Shown in pieces: positions 25,838-32,000 of a stretch of 32,000 nucleotides of DNA (positions within the stretch are counted from its first letter, which is position 1; each line of letters opens with the position of its first letter). A program made the position numbers and the translations under genes. Origin of the DNA: an uncultured Clostridia bacterium (GTDB lineage Bacteria > Bacillota > Clostridia > Christensenellales > UBA1242); the NCBI GenBank assembly GCA_946630785.1, contig CAMOZC010000003.1, positions 78 through 32,077 on the forward strand, in the 5' to 3' direction. Under the pieces are notes generated by a model. The model was given only the letters and a program-made list of their open reading frames with translations, was not told the DNA's origin and did no database searches.

Positions 25838-28393
25838 ATGCATAAAGCAAAAATCAAACAATTTTTATTCATTATTGCTACAATTTTTTATATCACAATT
25901 CCAGCTTTCTTCTTAACGGCTTGCGGTGGAAACAGTAGTGGCGATTCAGATTCGCTTATGAATATTTATATTATGACTGATAATAACCCAGACTTTTTGT
26001 CGCAGACTGCTTATATTGATGAAACATATGGGGTTAGGTTAAGTGATATTCTTCAAAGAGTGTCGTATGTATTTGAATTCAGTAATGGAAAGAAAAAGAA
26101 CAAAGATGAATTAACTGAAGCTGAAATTGAAAAAATCTTAAGTTTGGGAGAGCCAGCTGAAAAGTATTATTTAGGTAGTTATCCAGAAAATGGTGGAGAT
26201 GCCATTTGGACAGAAGTTGAAGAAATTAGTCAGAATATCGTTCTAGATGTTGGTATGTATAAAATTGTTTATATGATTGCTGGACGTGGCTTGGAATTAC
26301 AAATCTCAATTCAGCAATCTGAGGAAGATACAACTAATTTACGTATTTCAGTTGTTCCGAATAGTAGTAGTAGTTATAACAGTAATTCTAATTACAAATT
26401 CGGTTGTCCAACCTATCAAAATTATCAATTTAATCCAGCAACCTACACTTCGGATTATAAAGTACAGGTTTATGATTATAAAACCAATAAAATTGTTTCA
26501 GGTTCAAAAGTAACCAAGGTTTATGCGTTGCCGCAAACCGCACCGGAAGATAATACAATTCAGTCATGGTGGGATGGGGTATCTGATGTGGAAATCCATG
26601 CCGGTGATAATCTAATAATTAAATATGATGAAATTAATTGTGAAAATAGTTATTCAAAAAAATCAATGCAACAAAATTTCTTAAGTTCTTATGTTCAGGA
26701 AATTACCATTACTAATTATAACGATGCGGAGTCAAGTACTTTAATGTACGATGATAGCACCATGGTTGTTAATACTGAAAGTCTTAAACCTGGACGCTAT
26801 TATTTGATTGCTGAATATCATGATGAAAATCATACGGGTGGTTATACAACACCCAAATCATCAAATACATTGGAAGTAAAAAAAGGCGACTTTGTTTGGA
26901 AGAATACAATTCATAAAGATTGTGAAGATTATAATGAGGCAGAAGCAACAAATTTCATTAAAAGTTTAACATTTAATATTGATTATTGGTTTAACACATC
27001 TATTGAGAATCCACTTTTTACAGTTGGAACTGAAAAAGCACTTCCAATGGATTTATTGAAAACTTTAACGATTGACATTAATTCGACTTATCCTGAAATT
27101 GACGACCCACATCAACCGGATGGCAGGAATGTTTGGCAAAATTATATGAATAGTAGTCCAGTCTGCATTGGTGGTCGTGGTGCTTTTGGTTGGTATAAAC
27201 TTGAATTAACTGGTAAAAAGTATCTTGAAGGTAGTACTAATGGAACTACCGTTGTTGGTCTTGATTGTTCGGATATGGAAAATGGAAGTATTAAGCTTCA
27301 AGCTAAAATCAAATTTGATGACGAGTATTCGGATTTAAAAGATTATTACAATGAAGACCAAACCATTTATCCGGTAATTGTAACGCTTCATAAAGGTCGT
27401 GTAAGTAAACCAACAATTAAATATATTGATGGTTTATCTGAAAGAAACGGAAAATATTCGTTTGAATATAATGGGCAGATGCGAAATTTGGAAGTTGAAG
27501 CTGGTTATGAAAATAGTGAAGTACAATTTTTCACAATTTCTGGTGATAGATTAGCCACCAATGTAGGTAATAGTTATACTTTAACTTATAAATTAAAGGA
27601 CAATGTTAACTATGAGATTGATGATTGTGAATCTGATCAGGTTGAATTTAATTGGGAAATTAGAAAGATTACTTTGAATGATGTTAATGAAGAATTCACT
27701 ACAAGTTACTTATATAATAACATTGTTGTTGAAAATGAGTATGGTAATATTAACGATTGTTATATTACTTATGTTCCGGGAGCTGAAAACAAAATTATCG
27801 CCACTGTTTCAAGTGAAAAATATACGATCATAAAAACTGCAGCCGTACAAAATGGTGAAAATGTTAGTATGCAGTATGTGTTTGAAGATGATAATTGTCC
27901 AGGTGTGATTGGTAAACGCATCGTTTTACCCGATGAAGAAAACGGTTTGGTTGATGGTCAGTTTATCTTTGAATTTGATGGATGCGAAAGTGATTCGTCT
28001 TACGTAACGATTCATATCTTAGTTGGTGCAACTTCTGTTTCTGAAAATTATACTTCTCATAATGCACTTCAAATTTTCATTGAAAAATTAGCCTATACAG
28101 AAGAAGAACTTGCTGAAATTTATGGTACATCTTTTGAAAAAAACAATGATAATCATTATACCGCAACGTTCAATATTGTTGTAGATGGTGAAAGAAAAAT
28201 TTCATCAACTGCAGTCCCTGAAGTTTCTACTACACATGGAGTATGGAAAATATATTATGTAGATAATGGTAATTACGTTGAAGTCATTCCTAGTGAGACT
28301 GTATTGCCTGACTTCGTCGGATGTTTAGTGTACCGGTTTGTTTCAAACGATAATATGTATGAAGATATTGGTGATGTTTCTGTAAACATTTGA
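25838..28393 (+). CDS. 851-aa surface lipoprotein of unknown function with repeated beta-rich modules
   Basis: Signal peptide plus lipobox (IPAFFLTAC|GGNSSG). N/Y/E/D-rich. Recurring xxGxYxhxh...NY...hxhxK module, for example LKPGRYYLIAEY...LEVKKGDF and NVGNSYTLTYKLKDNVNYEI...FNWEIRKITL. Confidence 0.85.
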   Translation: MHKAKIKQFLFIIATIFYITIPAFFLTACGGNSSGDSDSLMNIYIMTDNNPDFLSQTAYIDETYGVRLSDILQRVSYVFEFSNGKKKNKDELTEAEIEKILSLGEPAEKYYLGSYPENGGDAIWTEVEEISQNIVLDVGMYKIVYMIAGRGLELQISIQQSEEDTTNLRISVVPNSSSSYNSNSNYKFGCPTYQNYQFNPATYTSDYKVQVYDYKTNKIVSGSKVTKVYALPQTAPEDNTIQSWWDGVSDVEIHAGDNLIIKYDEINCENSYSKKSMQQNFLSSYVQEITITNYNDAESSTLMYDDSTMVVNTESLKPGRYYLIAEYHDENHTGGYTTPKSSNTLEVKKGDFVWKNTIHKDCEDYNEAEATNFIKSLTFNIDYWFNTSIENPLFTVGTEKALPMDLLKTLTIDINSTYPEIDDPHQPDGRNVWQNYMNSSPVCIGGRGAFGWYKLELTGKKYLEGSTNGTTVVGLDCSDMENGSIKLQAKIKFDDEYSDLKDYYNEDQTIYPVIVTLHKGRVSKPTIKYIDGLSERNGKYSFEYNGQMRNLEVEAGYENSEVQFFTISGDRLATNVGNSYTLTYKLKDNVNYEIDDCESDQVEFNWEIRKITLNDVNEEFTTSYLYNNIVVENEYGNINDCYITYVPGAENKIIATVSSEKYTIIKTAAVQNGENVSMQYVFEDDNCPGVIGKRIVLPDEENGLVDGQFIFEFDGCESDSSYVTIHILVGATSVSENYTSHNALQIFIEKLAYTEEELAEIYGTSFEKNNDNHYTATFNIVVDGERKISSTAVPEVSTTHGVWKIYYVDNGNYVEVIPSETVLPDFVGCLVYRFVSNDNMYEDIGDVSVNI

Positions 28394-28400
28394 GATTTGG

Positions 28401-28430
28401 TAGAAAATAACTTTTAAAAAGTTTTTTCTA
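28401..28430. terminator. AT-rich palindrome, probable bidirectional terminator between convergent lipoprotein gene and rnr
   Basis: TAGAAAATAACTTTT/AAAAAGTTTTTTCTA forms ~13 bp with one bulge and only two G-C pairs. T-runs are present on both strands. Confidence 0.45.
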
Positions 28431-28446
28431 TAAAGTCCGTTTAATT

Positions 28447-30144
28447 TTATCTAGCGGTGAATTCAATCTGGGATTTATGTAAGTTGACGTTTAATACTTT
28501 AACGGGTAGCGGGTCACCTATGCGAATTTTGGATTTTTTGCCAATCATTTGCATGGTGCCATCGTGGTAAAGATAATGGTCGTCAGGTAAATTTTCAATT
28601 CGGACCAAGCCCTCGGCTGTGTTTTCAGGAAGATAAACAAATACACCAAAATCAGTAATGCCGTTGACAATTCCGTTAAAGGTTTCACCAATATGTGCTT
28701 GCATGTATTCGGCACATTTTAAGTCGTCAACTTCGCGTTCGGCAGCGACTGCATCTAATTCAGTCTGTGATGATTGTTGACTGGCGGCAACGACAAAGGC
28801 GTTTAAGCGGTCAACTTGTTGACGCGTTAATTGGTTATCAAGATACATTTTGATAATACGATGAATCACTAAATCTGGGTAACGACGGATGGGAGAAGTA
28901 AAGTGACAATAGTAAGTTGCTCCCAGGGCGAAGTGTCCTACGCAATGTGGGTCATATTTTGCCTTTTGCATAGATCGCAAAGCTAAACTTGATACAATGA
29001 TTTTTACATTTTCGTCGGCTATTTGTTCCAGCATGTTTTGATATTGAAAGCCTGTTGGATTTTCAAAATCAATTTGATGTCGTATGTTGAAAGGCGTTAG
29101 TGTACTTAAAAATCGGATGACTTTCAATGAGTCTGGTTTTTCGTGGATACGATAGACGAATGGCAAGTGTAATTTATAACAGTGCTCAGCAACAACTTCA
29201 TTGGCTAAAATCATGAAAGTTTCAATGATGCGATGGCTTAAATTGTGTGGCTGTGAATACACAGATGCAATTTGTCCGTTGCTATCCAAAACAATTTTGG
29301 GTTCAGGAACGTTAAAAGTAATTTCGCCACGTGCTTGACGGTCGTGTTCAAATTTTTGTGTAATTTCAGCCATACGTAACAGCATCGTGCGGTGTTGGTG
29401 ATCTTGTTGCCCATCAAGGATTGCCTGTACTTCGTCATAAGAAAAACGGGTAACTGATTGAATTAAAGATTTTTTGATTTCGTGTTTAACCAAGTTGTAT
29501 TTTTGGTCTAATGTCATTAAAACTGATAATGTCAAACGTGGTTCATTTGGATTTAAAGAGCATACACCGTTGGAAAGTTGTGTTGGCAACATTGGTAATA
29601 CGCGGTCAGGAAAGTAAACACTGGTACCGCGGCGATAAGCTTCTTTGTCTAGTAAACTATCAGCGGTTACATATTCTGAAACATCGGCAATATGGACACC
29701 TAGTGTCATGGTTCCGTCTGGATTATCGACTAAGCTGATGGCATCGTCTAAGTCGCGAGCGTCAGCCGGGTCAACTGTAATAATTGGCAAACCACGTAAA
29801 TCAACGCGGTTATACATGGCTTTTTCAATTTTAAGTTTTGATACGCGTTCGGCTTCTTGTAAAACAGCGGCAGGAAATTCTTGTACCAATTTGTATTTTT
29901 TCATGATACTGTCAATCGTAACTGGTTGGTTTTGATGAGCGATAACACGGATAACTTCAGCATCTGGTTTATCGTTGTGTTTTTTCTTTTTGAATCTAAT
30001 TTCAACGATATCGCCGTCAACTGCGCCGTGCAAATTATCCTTTGCGATGAATATATCATTATCTTGGTCTGGAAGGTTGACAAATCCATAACCTTTCAAA
30101 GTGATTGTTAATTCTCCAGTTAACCGATTTTCTATTTTGCTCAC
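28447..30144 (-). CDS. rnr: Ribonuclease R, short form (565 aa), GTG start
   Basis: N-terminal OB/CSD (LKGYGFV). RNB catalytic motif DPADARDLDDAIS. C-terminal S1 domain (GIVNGITDFGVFVYL). No N-terminal HTH and no basic tail. Confidence 0.9.
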   Translation of the reverse strand: MSKIENRLTGELTITLKGYGFVNLPDQDNDIFIAKDNLHGAVDGDIVEIRFKKKKHNDKPDAEVIRVIAHQNQPVTIDSIMKKYKLVQEFPAAVLQEAERVSKLKIEKAMYNRVDLRGLPIITVDPADARDLDDAISLVDNPDGTMTLGVHIADVSEYVTADSLLDKEAYRRGTSVYFPDRVLPMLPTQLSNGVCSLNPNEPRLTLSVLMTLDQKYNLVKHEIKKSLIQSVTRFSYDEVQAILDGQQDHQHRTMLLRMAEITQKFEHDRQARGEITFNVPEPKIVLDSNGQIASVYSQPHNLSHRIIETFMILANEVVAEHCYKLHLPFVYRIHEKPDSLKVIRFLSTLTPFNIRHQIDFENPTGFQYQNMLEQIADENVKIIVSSLALRSMQKAKYDPHCVGHFALGATYYCHFTSPIRRYPDLVIHRIIKMYLDNQLTRQQVDRLNAFVVAASQQSSQTELDAVAAEREVDDLKCAEYMQAHIGETFNGIVNGITDFGVFVYLPENTAEGLVRIENLPDDHYLYHDGTMQMIGKKSKIRIGDPLPVKVLNVNLHKSQIEFTAR

Positions 30145-30165
30145 AGCAAATTATAAGTGTATAAT
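30137..30165 (+). promoter_or_regulatory. Promoter for the HEPN-CBS gene: TTGCTC-N17-TATAAT
   Basis: TTGCTC at 30137-30142 lies inside rnr codons 1-3. TATAAT at 30160-30165. The ATG at 30172 is 6 nt after the -10, with no SD. Confidence 0.6.
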
Positions 30166-30178
30166 AACAATATGTCAA
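30150..30178 (-). promoter_or_regulatory. Consensus promoter for rnr: TTGACA-N17-TATAAT
   Basis: Minus strand: TTGACA (30178-30173), 17-nt spacer, TATAAT (30155-30150), then TTGCT and the GTG start at 30144. A second TTGACA lies 9 nt upstream (30187-30182). Confidence 0.7.
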
Positions 30179-30909
30179 ACATGTCAAATTTAACAGGAAA
30201 GTCTTTGGGTACGCGTTTTTTGGATGCGTATAACGCAATTGATAAGACTTTACGTACACAATACAATTATAAGACAACGATTTCTTTTTCGGATTTGATT
30301 CGTCGTTGTGCTGATTTAAATTCGGTAATTCGTGGACACGAAAACGATTTGATTAATTTTGCGCGTTTACGCAATGCAATCGTGCATAGTAGTGATAACA
30401 ACAAAGTTATTGCGGAACCGCATTTGGATGTCGTTGAATTAATGGAGAAAATTGCATCATTGATTACGACACCACCATTGGTAATTAATGTTTTGCATCA
30501 ACGTCCAGTAACCGTTATTGATGCTACGCGTAGTCTTTATGATTTGATTAAAGAAACAGGTATTACTGGTCACGGAATGATTCCAGCTTATAAAGGCAAC
30601 ACTTTGATTGGAATTGTGCGTTGGCGCAAATTGATTGAAGATTTGGCAAAAATTTTGGATACAACCGATTTAGATGATTTTATTCGTAAAACCTCAATAG
30701 AGAATTATTTGCGTATGTATCCACAAAGTGGACACTTTACAATTGTCAGAAAAGACATTTCAATTGAACAAGCGTTAACAATCTTTAATAATAACCGTAA
30801 GATTGCAGCCATACTTTTGACAGATAATGGCACCGCCATGGAACGTCCGGTAGGCTTTTTAACCAATGCTGATATTATTGATTTAGTAAAAATTATTGAA
30901 AGTTATTAA
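30172..30909 (+). CDS. Two-domain protein: N-terminal helical HEPN-like domain (RNAIVH) + C-terminal CBS pair
   Basis: FARLRNAIVHS carries the Rx4H HEPN signature (30370-30387). Two CBS-like repeats follow (VTVIDATRSLYD...LIGIVRWRKLIEDL and FTIVRKDISIEQAL...PVGFLTNADIIDLV). The start is taken at ATG 30172 rather than the ORF-track GTG at 30157, which lies upstream of the predicted TSS, next to the -10. Confidence 0.75.
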   Translation: MSNMSNLTGKSLGTRFLDAYNAIDKTLRTQYNYKTTISFSDLIRRCADLNSVIRGHENDLINFARLRNAIVHSSDNNKVIAEPHLDVVELMEKIASLITTPPLVINVLHQRPVTVIDATRSLYDLIKETGITGHGMIPAYKGNTLIGIVRWRKLIEDLAKILDTTDLDDFIRKTSIENYLRMYPQSGHFTIVRKDISIEQALTIFNNNRKIAAILLTDNGTAMERPVGFLTNADIIDLVKIIESY

Positions 30910-30952
30910 AAATAATGTTAATTTATAATTGCAACTAAAAAAAGGAATAAAT

Positions 30953-32000
30953 ATGAAAAAAGAAACTGCTGTATTTGATTTTAACCATAATTATGAACCG
31001 GCCGATATCCTGGCCAAAATAAAAGAAAAAAACAAAGGCAAACCGAAGTTTAACTTTTTGGATGGTCCTGTAACTGCGAACGCGCCATTGTGTTTGCACC
31101 ATGGTTGGGGCCGTACTTTAAAGGATGCATATAACCGCTATAATTCATTGATTGGTAAAGATGTTGATTACATCTGGGGTTTTGATGCTCAAGGTATGTG
31201 GGTTGAAGTTGAAGTTGAAAAATTATTAGGGTTAAATAATAAAAAAGAAATTACGCAATATGGTGTTGATAAGTTTACCGAAAAATGTATTGAACGTGTC
31301 AATTTCTTTAAAAACCATCAAACCGAACAAAGTAAAATCTTTGAACAGTTAGGTGATTGGGACAATAGTTATATCACTAATTCTGATAAAAATATCACTT
31401 CTATTTGGCATTTCTTGAAAGTTTGTAATGACAAAAAAATGTTGAAACAAAGTTATAAAACCATGCCGTGGTGTCCGCGTTGTGGTACCAGTTTAAGTGA
31501 ACATGAAATGAGTGGTTCTTATAAAGAACGTACTCATAAAGCTGTGTTCGTTAAAGCCAAACTGGTTGACCATAACGAACGTATTTTGGTATGGACAACA
31601 ACTCCGTGGACCTTAGCTGCAAATATGGCCATTGCGGTTAATCCTGAATTTACATATTGTAAATGTGAAGTTAAGAGTGATAAAAATTTATTGATTGTCT
31701 GTGAAAAACAATTAAAAGTTTTGCGTGATGATTTAGTAAAAGTTGTCGAAAAGGTTAGTGGTGCAGATTTGGTTGGCTTAGTCTATGAACCATTCTTGCC
31801 TTTGCAAAAACAACAATTTGAACACAAAATTGTGGCTTGGGATCAAGTAGACGAAATTGATGGTTCGGGTGCTGTTCATATCGCGCCTGGTTGCGGTGCG
31901 GAAGACTTCGCATTGGGTACTAAATTACACATGGAACCATTTATTATTCCTGTTGGGGAAAATGGTGCCTTCTACGATGATTTCGAATGGTTGGCTGGTT
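30953..32000 (+). CDS. ileS: Isoleucyl-tRNA synthetase (type 2-like), N-terminal 349 codons, continues beyond the window
   Basis: Manual translation is open to the window end. WTTTPWTLAAN, MPWCPRCGTSLSEHE and VEVEKLLGL match IleRS. SD AAAGGAA. The HIGH region is non-canonical (see findings). Confidence 0.85.
   Translation, partial: MKKETAVFDFNHNYEPADILAKIKEKNKGKPKFNFLDGPVTANAPLCLHHGWGRTLKDAYNRYNSLIGKDVDYIWGFDAQGMWVEVEVEKLLGLNNKKEITQYGVDKFTEKCIERVNFFKNHQTEQSKIFEQLGDWDNSYITNSDKNITSIWHFLKVCNDKKMLKQSYKTMPWCPRCGTSLSEHEMSGSYKERTHKAVFVKAKLVDHNERILVWTTTPWTLAANMAIAVNPEFTYCKCEVKSDKNLLIVCEKQLKVLRDDLVKVVEKVSGADLVGLVYEPFLPLQKQQFEHKIVAWDQVDEIDGSGAVHIAPGCGAEDFALGTKLHMEPFIIPVGENGAFYDDFEWLAG

Noticed and set aside
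1-32000. Alternative genetic code (TGA = Trp), given the low GC content and reduced proteins
   Set aside because: TGA terminates murC, rpmE, rbgA, tmk, spmB and the lipoprotein gene at positions consistent with homologue lengths. Long conserved genes are uninterrupted under the standard code.
1-32000. CRISPR arrays, IS elements, prophage or a known defence operon
   Set aside because: No regularly spaced direct repeats, no terminal inverted repeats flanking any ORF, and no transposase, integrase, Cas or restriction-modification motifs. Every gap between genes is at most ~160 nt.

Overview
Compact, low-GC, standard-code (TGA is a stop) Firmicutes-like chromosomal segment made almost entirely of housekeeping genes. 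In order: mreB-like (partial), M50 site-2 protease, tRNA-Met (minus strand), rpsF-ssb-rpsR, murC, rpmE-prmC-prfA, a minus-strand block of nrdR / yaaT(ricT) / a 223-aa orphan, thrS-rimM-trmD, rbgA-yraN, minus-strand holB-tmk, spmA-spmB, tRNA-Phe, a 993-aa orphan membrane protein, rpoB-rpoC, a secG-like ORF, an 851-aa lipoprotein, rnr (minus strand), a HEPN-like+CBS protein, and the 5' part of ileS. I saw no CRISPR array, transposase, integrase, phage genes or recognisable defence or toxin-antitoxin operon. Most of the window is ordinary core genome. The most unusual items are: (1) the orphan 993-aa protein upstream of rpoB, with a glycine-zipper membrane cluster and four PGP-DYDPSAN repeats; (2) a putative HEPN (RNAIVH) + CBS-pair fusion placed back-to-back with RNase R; (3) near-consensus promoters sitting 5-8 nt from start codons at rpmE, thrS, yaaT, rnr and the HEPN-CBS gene, which implies leaderless mRNAs; (4) the murC GTG start buried in the rpsR terminator hairpin; (5) an IleRS N-terminus without a canonical HIGH motif. 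All protein calls come from motif recognition by eye. No database search, HMM or folding computation was run.
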